64,000 bases of DNA from assembly GCA_029861845.1 (NCBI GenBank), contig JAOTYM010000004.1, positions 6,995 to 70,994 on the forward strand. Reading direction: 5' to 3'. Positions 21,155 to 31,220 of this stretch are shown here, piece after piece; within the stretch, counting starts at the first letter, position 1, and each line of letters begins with the position of its first letter. The stretch is from Gammaproteobacteria bacterium. Its GTDB lineage: Bacteria; Pseudomonadota; Gammaproteobacteria; Acidiferrobacterales; SPGG2. A program made the translations under genes and the position numbers. The notes under the pieces were generated by a model, which was not told the origin of the DNA, ran no database searches, and saw nothing but the letters and a program-made list of their open reading frames with translations.

Positions 21155-21838
21155 CTAGTCGGGCCATGCCGGCACGCCGGTTAACCACCGGTGCAGGAAG
21201 AGTAGGACCCCGAGTGCGACGAGTGCTATCAGAAGTCTTGTCCAATCATAATCGCCAAGTGAGAATCGGGCGCGACCCGCGATGATCGCGACGAACGGGG
21301 TGTACGATGTGACAGCGGCAAAGCGCTGCCACCCGTCGGGTTGGGTTGTGCGTCGACGATGATCGAGGTGGGCCGCGCCCCCTAGTGCCAGTAACGCCAT
21401 GCCACCAAATAGGATGAGCGCAGCCACATCACCATTGGCCGGGATATGTGATAAGGCCCAGAGGGCGATGCCCCACATGATCGGGTGGCGGGTGATCTTG
21501 AGAATCCCTGGCGCGGGATCGCGTGCAGCAGCACGTATTTGCTGCCCTACCATTGTCGGATTTGGGGCGGCGTAGCCGTAGGCCATTAAGATCAGTGCCA
21601 ACGGCATAACCAGGGATGGCCACCAGCGTGTCCACCGCGTTTGTGGCCAAAGTTCCATATAAGGCGCGTTCACGTACGCCCAGATCATCCAAATCAGAGA
21701 CGCAATCGCAATGACCGAGTACAGGCCCAGAAAAGGCCAAAGCCCAGTGCGTGCGGTTATGGTGTCACGGATTGCTGTGCTCGACAGTGAGAAATGACTG
21801 CCGACAAAAAGCACTGCCGCGAGAACTAGTTCACCCAT
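21155..21838 (-). CDS. nnrU: NnrU family membrane protein
   Basis: FVGSH, ITRHPIMWGIALWALSH..NGD, TSYTPF; multiple TMs. Confidence 0.8.
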   Translation of the reverse strand: MGELVLAAVLFVGSHFSLSSTAIRDTITARTGLWPFLGLYSVIAIASLIWMIWAYVNAPYMELWPQTRWTRWWPSLVMPLALILMAYGYAAPNPTMVGQQIRAAARDPAPGILKITRHPIMWGIALWALSHIPANGDVAALILFGGMALLALGGAAHLDHRRRTTQPDGWQRFAAVTSYTPFVAIIAGRARFSLGDYDWTRLLIALVALGVLLFLHRWLTGVPAWPD

Positions 21839-21950
21839 AGTTTCAGTCGTGCGAAGATGTTGCTGTTGACTAAATGACCAGGCGTACATAAACCTATCGT
21901 CCTATTGAGCTTGACACAAGCTGGCAAGGCCAGCCATCGGCGGCACATTC

Positions 21951-22295
21951 ATGGAAACAACCGAGGCTAATTCGCTTTACGATCATATTTATGCCGTGAT
22001 CCGACAAATTCCGCACGGTCAGGTAGCCACCTACGGCCAAATCGCGGCGATTGTTGGCAAATGCACAGCACGTAGTGTTGGCTTTGCGATGGCGGCGGTG
22101 CCGGCTGGCACTGACATACCGTGGCATCGGGTAATAAACAGTCAAGGTAAGGTCAGCGACCGTCGGGGCGGGGATGGTAGTATCCGCCAGCGTCATCGAC
22201 TAGAGGATGAGGGGGTGCATTTTGATTCCCAGGGTCGCGTAGATTTTTATAGCGTTGGCTGGGACGGCACAATGGAACAAGATCCTAGCACCTAG
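21951..22295 (+). CDS. alkyltransferase-like protein (ATL / YbaZ)
   Basis: IPHGQVATYGQIA and PWHRV (Trp replaces the MGMT catalytic Cys). Confidence 0.85.
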   Translation: METTEANSLYDHIYAVIRQIPHGQVATYGQIAAIVGKCTARSVGFAMAAVPAGTDIPWHRVINSQGKVSDRRGGDGSIRQRHRLEDEGVHFDSQGRVDFYSVGWDGTMEQDPST

Positions 22296-22324
22296 CAACT
22301 ATTTTCCGGTATTAGCTTAAGAAA

Positions 22325-22660
22325 GTGACGATAATCGAATTCGATGATTTTCTAAGGGTGGAGATGTGTACTGGTACGATTACCGACGTAGAGATAAACC
22401 GTCGGGCGAGGGTACCGGCCTACATTTTGACGATCGATTTTGGTGAAAAGGGGCGTCGTATAAGCTCGGCGCAGCTTACCGACAACTACACCGAGAAAGA
22501 TCTCGTTGGTAAGCAAATCGTCGCAGTGATGAATTTCCCAGTGAAGCGGATTGCGGGTATAGAATCTGAAGTCTTGGTGTTGGGCGCGCTCTGTCCGAAG
22601 AATGGCACGGTGTTGCTTGAGCCTACGTTCCCGGTGGCCAATGGGGTAGCCATCGCCTAA
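22325..22660 (+). CDS. csaA: CsaA tRNA-binding / chaperone OB-fold protein
   Basis: IDFG, SSAQLT..Y, NFPVKRIAG..SEVLVLG. Confidence 0.85.
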   Translation: MTIIEFDDFLRVEMCTGTITDVEINRRARVPAYILTIDFGEKGRRISSAQLTDNYTEKDLVGKQIVAVMNFPVKRIAGIESEVLVLGALCPKNGTVLLEPTFPVANGVAIA

Positions 22661-22674
22661 ACGTTACGACTCGC

Positions 22675-23457
22675 GTGGATAGCCTGCCTGCCGTCTTTGT
22701 TTCCCACGGTGCCCCGACGCTGTTGATCGACGAGGGGCCAACCCGCACGTTCCTTGCCGCCCTCGCCCAGCTATTCGCACCCCCCAGGGCGGTCCTTTGT
22801 ATCTCTGCCCATTGGGAAACCACGACGCCGACAGTTAGCGCTGCCGAAAAGCCGGGCACCATTCATGATTTCTATGGATTTCCAGACCTATTGTACCGAG
22901 CCACTTACCCGGCGCCTGGGGATCCTGCGTTGGCCGACCGCGTAGTCGGCATGCTGCGCAACGCGAGGTTAGACGCTGATACCGATCCAGACCGTGGTCT
23001 TGATCATGGCGCATGGGTGCCTTTGAAATTGGCATACCCAGCCGCGGCTATCCCGGTGGTGCAATTATCGCTACAACCGGCGCTGGGGCCGCGCCATCAC
23101 ATTCGGCTCGGCCAGGCGTTAAGACTATTGAGGGACGATGGCGTGTTGATCATTGGTAGTGGCGGTGCCACGCATAACCTAAGCGAATTTCGCGGGCAAT
23201 CGATCGATGCGGCCGCGCCTGCCTACGTGCAGGCATTCGATGCCTGGCTGGAGGAGGCCTTGACCAGCGGCAACACCGAGGCATTGGTCAACTACGAGCA
23301 GCAGGCGCCCAGCGCCAGACGCAACCACCCTACGGTAGAGCACTTCATGCCCCTGTTTGTGGCGCTGGGTGCTGCCGGTATCGACGCCAAGGCAAGCAAG
23401 ATCCACAGCGCATTTACCTATGGTGTGTTATCGATGGCCGCCTATGCCTGGGAGTAG
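22675..23457 (+). CDS. DODA-type (YgiD/LigB) extradiol dioxygenase
   Basis: SHGAP, SAHW, HDFYGFP, DHGAWVP, HPTVEHFMPL. Confidence 0.9.
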   Translation: MDSLPAVFVSHGAPTLLIDEGPTRTFLAALAQLFAPPRAVLCISAHWETTTPTVSAAEKPGTIHDFYGFPDLLYRATYPAPGDPALADRVVGMLRNARLDADTDPDRGLDHGAWVPLKLAYPAAAIPVVQLSLQPALGPRHHIRLGQALRLLRDDGVLIIGSGGATHNLSEFRGQSIDAAAPAYVQAFDAWLEEALTSGNTEALVNYEQQAPSARRNHPTVEHFMPLFVALGAAGIDAKASKIHSAFTYGVLSMAAYAWE

Positions 23458-23459
23458 CC

Positions 23460-24665
23460 TTGAACCAAGCCACAACAATTGATTATATCGTTAACCCCCG
23501 GGCCCGCGACGGGCGCCCGGGTAAGGCCGATACTGCCAACTTCGGTGCTGATATTGCCGCATCGGTGCAGAACTTCCATCGAAGCTTTGAGGATTACAAG
23601 CCGAGCCCGCTCGTGTCTCTGACAGACTTGGCCCACTCTTTAGGTGCGGCGGCGATATCGGTCAAAGACGAATCGAACCGTCTTGGCCTCGACGCGTTTA
23701 AAGTCCTGGGTGCATCCCATGCGATGGCAAAGTTCCTAGCGCATAAGCTCGATACCAGCTTGGATCAACTTTCGTTTGATGCCGTTAGCCTAGCGACGCT
23801 GAAGACAAAGCTCGGCGAGTGTACATTCGTTACCGCCACCGACGGTAACCATGGGCGCGCCGTGGCGTGGGCGGCGCGGCAGCTCGGTCAACGGGCAGTG
23901 GTTTATCTGCCCAGTGGCTCTGCCGCCGCCCGGGTAACTGCCATCCGGTCGTTGGGTGCCGAGGCGTGTGTGACCGACGTCAATTATGATGACAGTGTTC
24001 GCCATGCGGCGGCCATGGCAGAACAACATGATTGGATCTTGCTACAGGACACCGCATGGCCAGGTTACGAGCAAATACCCTTGTGGATCATGCAAGGGTA
24101 TCTGACTATGTATGCCGAGGCGCTCGAGCAACTTGGCGCAGACCAACCGACCCATGTTTTCATTCAGGCTGGTGTGGGATCGTTGGCGTCGGCGTTACAG
24201 GCTTACTTGCGCGAGTGCTATGGCGATGACTGTCCGCTTGTGGTTGTGGTGGAGCCGACAAACGCCGCTTGTTTCTACCATTCAGTGAAAGCGGCGAGTG
24301 GGACGCCCGAAACGGTACCGGGTGAACTGAAAACAATTATGGCGGGGCTTGCGGCGGGTAGGCCAAGCGATCTCGCTTGGCCCATTATTCGAGACTACAG
24401 TGATTATTTTTTCTCCTGTTCCGATTCGGTTGCCATAAGGGGCATGCGGATCTTGGCCCACCCTGTCGGCAACGATCGTGCAGTTGTCTCTGGAGAGGCC
24501 GGGGCGGTAACCACGGGTCTAGTCGTGTGCCTGTGTGAGGATACTCAATATCGAGATATCGCCAACGGCATCGGCATTAGCCCGAAGTCTAAGATACTCT
24601 TGTTTTCCACTGAAGGCGCAACCGATCCTGACTCCTATCAGCGACTGGTTACGCGGGCGAGCTAG
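23460..24665 (+). CDS. dpaL: diaminopropionate ammonia-lyase
   Basis: KDESNRLGLDAFK, ATDGNHGRAVAW, QDTAWPGY, QAGVGS, SGEAGAV, FSTEGATDP. Confidence 0.9.
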   Translation: MNQATTIDYIVNPRARDGRPGKADTANFGADIAASVQNFHRSFEDYKPSPLVSLTDLAHSLGAAAISVKDESNRLGLDAFKVLGASHAMAKFLAHKLDTSLDQLSFDAVSLATLKTKLGECTFVTATDGNHGRAVAWAARQLGQRAVVYLPSGSAAARVTAIRSLGAEACVTDVNYDDSVRHAAAMAEQHDWILLQDTAWPGYEQIPLWIMQGYLTMYAEALEQLGADQPTHVFIQAGVGSLASALQAYLRECYGDDCPLVVVVEPTNAACFYHSVKAASGTPETVPGELKTIMAGLAAGRPSDLAWPIIRDYSDYFFSCSDSVAIRGMRILAHPVGNDRAVVSGEAGAVTTGLVVCLCEDTQYRDIANGIGISPKSKILLFSTEGATDPDSYQRLVTRAS

Positions 24666-24685
24666 CAAAGCCGGTTACAGGAGGC

Positions 24686-24870
24686 CAGAGGGTTACCCCT
24701 GGAGAAGCGGGGGCAGTCGCCACGGGACTTAGTCGCCGGTTTATCCAATGGGCCTGAGCCGCGCACGATGGCGGACAAGATCCATATCGATGGACTCAAA
24801 GATGCTCCTATATATGGACAGCAGGTCGGACTTTGTGCGAAACAAGCGCGTGAGCTCGTCAAACGTTATG
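24686..24870 (+). pseudogene. degenerate frameshifted copy of the 3' end of a dpaL-like gene
   Basis: across frames reads RVTPGEAGAVATGL / LVAGL...RTMADKIHID / SKMLLY, matching dpaL VVSGEAGAVTTGLV...RDIANGIGISPKSKILLF. Confidence 0.55.
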
Positions 24871-25024
24871 CGATCAATGGCGCCCTTCCTGAACCCTTAC
24901 GCACAGCGCCTCTCATCGCCGGCGGCATTGTTGCGGGTGCGAGTCGGCACCGGCCCGAGAGGTCCAGGGCGCGCGCCCCGCAGGATTTCCATTAGTCAGT
25001 TTGGTTGGCCGCGCCGCCGTCGTG

Positions 25025-25777
25025 CTACTCGCCTTTGGTATGTGCCCGTGCTGCCGCGTCTGCGCGCGCAGCCGCGACGGCAGGATCCAAATAGAAATGC
25101 CTGATGACTTCGAGGTCGTCGTCGAGCTCGTACACCAGCGGGATCCCGGTGGGGATGTTGAGGTTGGGAATGTCATCATCGGATATCTGGTTTAAATGCT
25201 TCACCAACGCACGTAGTGAGTTGCCATGGGCAGAGATGATTGCGCGCTTGCCGGCACGTACGCTCGGCACGATGGTCTCGTGCCAGTACGGCAAAACGCG
25301 TTCCAGCGTGTCCTTTAACGATTCGCAAGCGGGCAATTGCGAAGCCTCCAGGTCTGAATAATTCGGGTCGAAACGCGGGTGTCGTGGATCGTCGTCGCCG
25401 ACGGCGGGCGGACGCACCGTATAACTGCGCCGCCAGACGTGGACCTGATCGGCGCCGTACTTGGCCGCCGTTTCTGCTTTGTTCAATCCTTGCAGGGCAC
25501 CGTAGTGGCGCTCGTTTAGCTGCCAGCTCTTGACCACAGGTATGGATGCCTGACTCATGGTTTGCAGAACGATCGACAGCGTGTCGATGGCACGCTTGAG
25601 TACGGAGGTATAAGCGAGATCGAAGACGTAACCGCCTGCCTTCAGCAACTCACCAGCCTGCCCGGCTTCGTGTTGGCCCGCCTCTGACAGGCCCACGTCG
25701 GTCCATCCCGTGAAGCGGTTTTCCTGGTTCCATTGGCTTTCGCCGTGACGCAATAGCACCAGTTTCTTCACGTGCAT
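25025..25777 (-). CDS. gpmA: 2,3-bisphosphoglycerate-dependent phosphoglycerate mutase
   Basis: [36 protein letters not shown]. Confidence 0.95.
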   Translation of the reverse strand: MHVKKLVLLRHGESQWNQENRFTGWTDVGLSEAGQHEAGQAGELLKAGGYVFDLAYTSVLKRAIDTLSIVLQTMSQASIPVVKSWQLNERHYGALQGLNKAETAAKYGADQVHVWRRSYTVRPPAVGDDDPRHPRFDPNYSDLEASQLPACESLKDTLERVLPYWHETIVPSVRAGKRAIISAHGNSLRALVKHLNQISDDDIPNLNIPTGIPLVYELDDDLEVIRHFYLDPAVAAARADAAARAHTKGE

Positions 25778-25892
25778 CCGCCGTGCCCACCACCAGCATT
25801 CCACGCTAGCGGCTGCGGCAATAACTGCAGGGTTGCATTCATTGTCACATTAGACATGATGTGCATATGACCCGTCTAGAGAGCGCGCCTTA

Positions 25893-28736
25893 ATGGCGGT
25901 AGACGTACAGGAAGCCCCGCGCCCGCTAAAGGACGCCGACGACAAAACGCGACAACTGCTGCAGATCGTAACGGCACTGGCCCGTGAGTTGCGTCGGCAA
26001 GAACGGCAGCCGACCCGGGTGACGTTGGACAGTGCCCTCGAACGCGACCTGGGGTTCGACAGCCTAAGCCGAGTGGAGCTGCTTACCCGCATTGAACGTG
26101 CGTTTGGAATCAGTGTATCGGAGCAGGCGTTCACCGCGGCGGAGACACCGCGCGATCTGCTTAGACTGGTGACTGGCGCGACGGCGATGCCGGCTGCCGC
26201 CGCTATGCCCGAGAGCAAGCTGATTTCGCTGGAGGAAGCGCCGCCAGCCCCCGCGCAAGCGCAGACATTGCCGGATATGCTCGAATGGCACGTCCAAACC
26301 CACCCGGATCGCCCGCACGTCTATTTGGTGAGCGACCAGTCTCGCGAGGAGGAGATCACATATGGTGCACTTCTCCGTGGGGCGGAGGCTGTCGCTGTCG
26401 GCCTGCAGCAGGCAGGACTTGAGCCGGGTAACAGCGTGGCCATTATGTTGCCTACGAGCCGCGAGTATCTGTTTACGTTTTTTGGCATCTTGCTTGCGGG
26501 CGGTATCCCGGTTCCGATCTATCCGCCCGTGCGGCTGGCACAGATCGAGGAGCATCTGCGACGCCATGTCGGGATTCTAACCAACGCCCAGGTTCCTATT
26601 CTGGTCACGGTGTCCGAGGCCAAGCCTTTGGCGCGTTTGCTGAAGACCCATGTTGAGTGCTTACGGCACGTCACGACCGTCGATGAGCTTGTCTCAACGG
26701 TCGGCGCATTGACGCGACCGGTACTCAAGAGTGACGACACCGCTTTTCTGCAATACACCTCGGGGAGCACCGCTGCGCCCAAGGGTGTGGTGCTGACCCA
26801 TCGTAACCTGTTGGCCAATATCCGCATTATGGGCGCCGAATTAGAGGTGGATTCCACCGACGTATTTGTGAGCTGGTTGCCGATGTACCACGATATGGGT
26901 CTCATCGGTGCCTGGCTAGGCTCCATGTACTTTGCCGTGCCGCTTGTTTTGATGTCGCCGCTTAGCTTTCTCACACGACCAGCGCGATGGTTGTGGGCCA
27001 TACACCGGTACCGCGCTACCCTGTCGGCAGCACCAAACTTCGCATACGAGCTCTGTCGGGGCAAGATCGATGACCAGGACATCCAGGGTTTGGATTTGCA
27101 ATCGTGGCGCATGGCTTTTAATGCTGCCGAGCCAGTCAGTCCGGAAACTGTAAGGGGTTTTACTGAACGCTTCGCGCGCTATGGCTTCAGGCCAGAGGCC
27201 ATGTTTGTCGGCTATGGTCTGGCTGAGTGTTCGGTAGGATTGGCCTTTCCACCACTAGAGCGCGGCCCCTTGATCGATAGGGTCAAGCGCCAGCGTTTCA
27301 TGCGCGATGGCCAAGCAATTCCGGCCGCCGAAGACGAAACCCATGCGCTGCGATTCGTATCGTGCGGATACCCGCTAGCCGAGCATGAGATCCGTATCGT
27401 CGATGCCACTGGCAGCGAAGTTGGGGATCGGCAAGAGGGGCGGTTACAGTTTCGAGGGCCTTCAGCTACGAGCGGTTATTTCCGAAATCCGGAAGCGACC
27501 CGGCGGCTGTTCAACGGTGACTGGCTCGATTCCGGCGATCTGGCGTACACGGTCGATGGTGAAATTTATATTACCGGGCGTGCCAAGGATATGATTATCC
27601 GAGCGGGGCGAAACATCTATCCGCCAGAGCTGGAAGAGGCTGTCGGCAGTATCCCGGGGATACGGCGAGGGTGCGTCGCGGCGTTCCCCGTCACCGACCC
27701 CGGCACGGGTACCGAGCGCCTGTTAATCCTAGCGGAAACCCGCGAGACCGAAGCCGGCGTCTTGGATACGCTGCGTAAGCAGATCAATAGTGTGATAGTA
27801 GATCTGATCGGTATGCCGCCCGACGATGTGGTACTGGCGCCACCGCGTACGGTGCTGAAGACCTCGAGTGGCAAGTTACGCCGGGCGGCCAGCCGCGAGC
27901 TGTACGAAAGCGGCCGGTTGGATGCGCGCAAGCATGGCGCATGGTGGCAACTCGCGCATTTCGCCTGGACCGGCCTGCTGCCGCAGCTGCACCGACTAAA
28001 GCGCCTCGTCGGTGAACTCATTTATGCCGGTTACGTCTGGATTCTATTTATACTTGTTGCGCCGTTGACATGGCTATCGATTACACTGTTACCACGTGCA
28101 TCCTGGTCTTGGGCTGTCTTGCGTGCGGCCGGCCGGCTACTATTGTGGTTGTCGGCGACGCGACTTAGGGTCGAAGGATTGTCTAACATTCCACGAGCCG
28201 AGCCATTTGTGTTGGTGGCGAACCATTCGAGCTACTTGGACGGGTTGGTATTGAGCGTTGTGCTACCGCGCCCAGTCAGTTATGTGGCCAAGCGCGAGCT
28301 TGAAGATCGGTTTATTTCGCGCGTGTTCCTTCGGCGTATCGGTGTCGAGTACGTTGAACGTTTTGATAAGCAGCGTGGTGTGGACGATGCTCGCCGTACA
28401 GCACGTGCCCTCGACCAGGGCCGCGCGCTCGCTTTTTTCGCTGAGGGCACATTCTTGCGTATGCCAGGGGTGTTGCCGTTTCGTATGGGCGCCTTTGTCG
28501 CCGCGGCAGAAGCTAGTGTTCCGATCGTGCCAGTAACGATTCGCGGTACCCGGGCGAAACTCCGCTCGAATCAGTGGTTACCCCGTCGTGGTGCCGTGAG
28601 CGTTACCATCAGTGCACCGATCAGGCCCCAGGGGCGCGACTGGTCGGCTGCCGTCGCCTTGCGAGATACGGCCCGGGCGGAAATCTTGCGTCGCAGCGGT
28701 GAACCTGACCTGGGCCAGGTCACGTCGTCCACATGA
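25893..28736 (+). CDS. ACP + fatty acyl-AMP ligase + PlsC-type acyltransferase fusion
   Basis: LGFDSL (Ppant Ser), FLQYTSGST..PKG, SWLPMYHDMGLIG, KTSSGK, TM, NHSSYLD, FAEGT. Confidence 0.88.
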   Translation: MAVDVQEAPRPLKDADDKTRQLLQIVTALARELRRQERQPTRVTLDSALERDLGFDSLSRVELLTRIERAFGISVSEQAFTAAETPRDLLRLVTGATAMPAAAAMPESKLISLEEAPPAPAQAQTLPDMLEWHVQTHPDRPHVYLVSDQSREEEITYGALLRGAEAVAVGLQQAGLEPGNSVAIMLPTSREYLFTFFGILLAGGIPVPIYPPVRLAQIEEHLRRHVGILTNAQVPILVTVSEAKPLARLLKTHVECLRHVTTVDELVSTVGALTRPVLKSDDTAFLQYTSGSTAAPKGVVLTHRNLLANIRIMGAELEVDSTDVFVSWLPMYHDMGLIGAWLGSMYFAVPLVLMSPLSFLTRPARWLWAIHRYRATLSAAPNFAYELCRGKIDDQDIQGLDLQSWRMAFNAAEPVSPETVRGFTERFARYGFRPEAMFVGYGLAECSVGLAFPPLERGPLIDRVKRQRFMRDGQAIPAAEDETHALRFVSCGYPLAEHEIRIVDATGSEVGDRQEGRLQFRGPSATSGYFRNPEATRRLFNGDWLDSGDLAYTVDGEIYITGRAKDMIIRAGRNIYPPELEEAVGSIPGIRRGCVAAFPVTDPGTGTERLLILAETRETEAGVLDTLRKQINSVIVDLIGMPPDDVVLAPPRTVLKTSSGKLRRAASRELYESGRLDARKHGAWWQLAHFAWTGLLPQLHRLKRLVGELIYAGYVWILFILVAPLTWLSITLLPRASWSWAVLRAAGRLLLWLSATRLRVEGLSNIPRAEPFVLVANHSSYLDGLVLSVVLPRPVSYVAKRELEDRFISRVFLRRIGVEYVERFDKQRGVDDARRTARALDQGRALAFFAEGTFLRMPGVLPFRMGAFVAAAEASVPIVPVTIRGTRAKLRSNQWLPRRGAVSVTISAPIRPQGRDWSAAVALRDTARAEILRRSGEPDLGQVTSST

Positions 28737-28754
28737 CGGACCTGTTAAGGCGCG

Positions 28755-29162
28755 ATGCTTAAACAACTCACAATAGCGGTGAGTGGTCAGGGTCTGCACG
28801 AGTTCACATCTGAGGTGCAGGCAGCGGTACGCGACTCAGGCGTGACCGACGGACTGTGCACGTTGTTCATCCAACATACATCTGCCAGTCTGATGATTCA
28901 GGAAAATGCCGATGCTTCTGCTAAACGAGACCTCGAGCGCTGGCTCAATCGATTAGTGCCGGAGAATGACTCACTGTACACGCACAATGCGGAAGGGCCA
29001 GACGATATGCCAGCGCACGTCAAATCCGCGTTGACCGCAACCAGCTTATCGGTGCCGATTAGCGACGGGCGCTTGGGGCTAGGCACGTGGCAGGGCGTCT
29101 ATCTTTGGGAACACCGCCATGGTGCGACTAGGCGTCGCGTTTTGTTGCACATCGGTGAATAG
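28755..29162 (+). CDS. yjbQ: YjbQ / UPF0047 family protein
   Basis: HTSASL..QENAD, EGPDDMPAHVK, LGTWQG..LWEH. Confidence 0.88.
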   Translation: MLKQLTIAVSGQGLHEFTSEVQAAVRDSGVTDGLCTLFIQHTSASLMIQENADASAKRDLERWLNRLVPENDSLYTHNAEGPDDMPAHVKSALTATSLSVPISDGRLGLGTWQGVYLWEHRHGATRRRVLLHIGE

Positions 29163-29188
29163 CTGCGACATATGGCGTATATTTTGCA

Positions 29189-30547
29189 TTGGTTTTCAGT
29201 CGCTTGGCCGCGAGACGAACTATGCACGCTAGCCACCTAGAACGAGACCTGTCGACCTACAGAATCATTGTGCCGTTGGTTTGCGTCCTGCTCATGACCA
29301 ACGCCTACGCTGGCCCGGATGAGCAGGCGTTTGAGCGGGCCAGGCAATACACGGCCAAGGTTGTCACGCGGGTCGAGCTGCCTTTCTACGGCGACAAGAA
29401 AGGCACCACCATCGGCGCCGGTTTTGTTGTCGATGCCGATCGTGGCTGGGTCATGACCAATGCCCATGTGGTAGCGCGCTCGCCTTCACAGGTGAAAGTC
29501 ACGCTGCTCGATGGTAACTACTATGTAGCACGCAAGCTCTATGTCGATCCCTACGTAGACATTGCAATTGTGGAAATGGTGGATAGGCCGGCGAAGCAAG
29601 ACATGGTAGCCGCGACATTAGATTGCGAGGACACACCCGCAGTTGGCCATACGGTGGGCGCCTTCGGCCATCCCTGGGATTTATCGTTCACCGGTACGCG
29701 CGGGATTATCTCCGGGATCACATCCAAGTTCACTGGCATGGCAGAGATGTTGCAAACCGATGCACCGATTAATCCTGGCAATTCCGGTGGTCCGCTCATC
29801 AGCCTAAGGACCGGCAAAGTCGTCGGCGTAAACACCGCTTCGCGACGAAGTAGTCAAAACACCAACTTCGCGGTGCCTATGGGTCACGCTTGTCGTATTC
29901 TTGCTTTATTGCGACAAGGCCGCGATCCTTCTCCGCCCGAATTACCATTCCTTTTCTATTTGGATCTTGACGAGAATAACGAACTTGCTATTGCCAAGGT
30001 CTTCGGGAAACACCATGGGCTTGATCTTCAAGAAGGTGATGTCGTGCGCCGGGTCAGCGGTACCGATGGTGAGATCCAAAATCGTGGACAACTCATCCAT
30101 GCATTGCGTGGTCGCTTGGACGATATCGAGTTAGAAGTAGCCAGGGGCGATGAAGATATCGTAGTTCGCGGGTGGCTCGCATCAGCCATACCCGTGGCCG
30201 AGCGAACCGGCGTACTTGTTTCGGGGGTCTTGTTTTCAGGAAACCCATGGCGGGATTCACGTGACTTTGTCGGCGGACGCCCAGCGCTGATGGTGCATTA
30301 CGTGGAACCCGGCTCCATCGGCGATGGCGAAAAACTGCGAGCCATGGATATGTTGTTGGCAGTGGACAATAAACCAGTACAAACGCTGGAAGAACTATTG
30401 ACCTATTTGCGCGCGGCCGAGTCCGAGAATAAGAAGGTGATACTGAAAATGGTCAGAGTAGGCAATTCCGATGACAGTATATTTGCCTACATCGAGCGCC
30501 TGTTAGAGGTGACAGCGTTAAGAGTTGTCGGTGACGCGGCCTTGTGA
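29189..30547 (+). CDS. secreted trypsin-like serine protease with PDZ domains (HtrA family)
   Basis: TNAHVV, DIAI, QTDAPINPGNSGGP; true start uncertain. Confidence 0.85.
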   Translation: MVFSRLAARRTMHASHLERDLSTYRIIVPLVCVLLMTNAYAGPDEQAFERARQYTAKVVTRVELPFYGDKKGTTIGAGFVVDADRGWVMTNAHVVARSPSQVKVTLLDGNYYVARKLYVDPYVDIAIVEMVDRPAKQDMVAATLDCEDTPAVGHTVGAFGHPWDLSFTGTRGIISGITSKFTGMAEMLQTDAPINPGNSGGPLISLRTGKVVGVNTASRRSSQNTNFAVPMGHACRILALLRQGRDPSPPELPFLFYLDLDENNELAIAKVFGKHHGLDLQEGDVVRRVSGTDGEIQNRGQLIHALRGRLDDIELEVARGDEDIVVRGWLASAIPVAERTGVLVSGVLFSGNPWRDSRDFVGGRPALMVHYVEPGSIGDGEKLRAMDMLLAVDNKPVQTLEELLTYLRAAESENKKVILKMVRVGNSDDSIFAYIERLLEVTALRVVGDAAL

Positions 30548-30553
30548 GCCGGC

Positions 30554-30841
30554 CTAGAGGCCCTCGACCACCACCATCTTCGATGAAGCGGTTTGCTGGC
30601 GCAATGCCCGGGCCTCGCGATACTCGGGCGATTCGTGCCATTGCTTAGCCCTCTCAACACTTTCGAATTCCAGTATTACGAACCTATTTAGCGGCCAGTC
30701 TCCCTCAAGCACCTCGGTTTGCCCGCCACGTGCCAAGTATTTGCCGCCGTAGGCAGTAATGGCGGGTGGCGCAAGCTTTTTGTATTCCTCGTATCGTTCC
30801 GGATCGTTGACGACGACATCGACTAGGACATAAGCGGTCAT
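30554..30841 (-). CDS. DUF1330 protein
   Basis: YGGKYLARGG...LEGDW...ILEFES...WHESPEY; GGAG RBS before MTAY. Confidence 0.88.
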   Translation of the reverse strand: MTAYVLVDVVVNDPERYEEYKKLAPPAITAYGGKYLARGGQTEVLEGDWPLNRFVILEFESVERAKQWHESPEYREARALRQQTASSKMVVVEGL

Positions 30842-30857
30842 AGTATTCTCCAGGTAG

Positions 30858-31208
30858 TTAGATGATTGACAAAACAGTTTCCGGTGGCCTACCGATAGCG
30901 GCCCTGTCGTTGGTGACGACGATGGGACGTTCAATCAGGATGGGGTTATCTAGCATCAGCTCCAACCACTCATCCTCGGTTCGCGCATCACTGGCAGACA
31001 GGCCCTCTTCCTTGGCCACGTTCTCGCCGAACCTAATAATCTCTGGTGGTTTCTTGCCTAAGAGCGCGAGGATGCGCTTTAGCTCTGTCTTGGATGGCGG
31101 CGTTTCAAGGTAGTTGACGATCTCGGGCTCCACATTCTTTTGGTTTAAAAGCTCAAGTGTTGCACGACTCTTGCTGCAGCGAGGGTTGTGGTAGATAACC
31201 GCTTTCAT
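30858..31208 (-). CDS. arsC: ArsC-family (glutaredoxin-type) arsenate reductase
   Basis: YHNPRCSKSR, LIERPIV, IGRPPE. Confidence 0.85.
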   Translation of the reverse strand: MKAVIYHNPRCSKSRATLELLNQKNVEPEIVNYLETPPSKTELKRILALLGKKPPEIIRFGENVAKEEGLSASDARTEDEWLELMLDNPILIERPIVVTNDRAAIGRPPETVLSII

Positions 31209-31220
31209 ATTTACTCCTAA

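Noticed and set aside
24748-25104. ORFs 24748-25104 and 24768-24995 as real genes
   Set aside because: Explained as frames of the decayed dpaL copy; the first also overlaps gpmA
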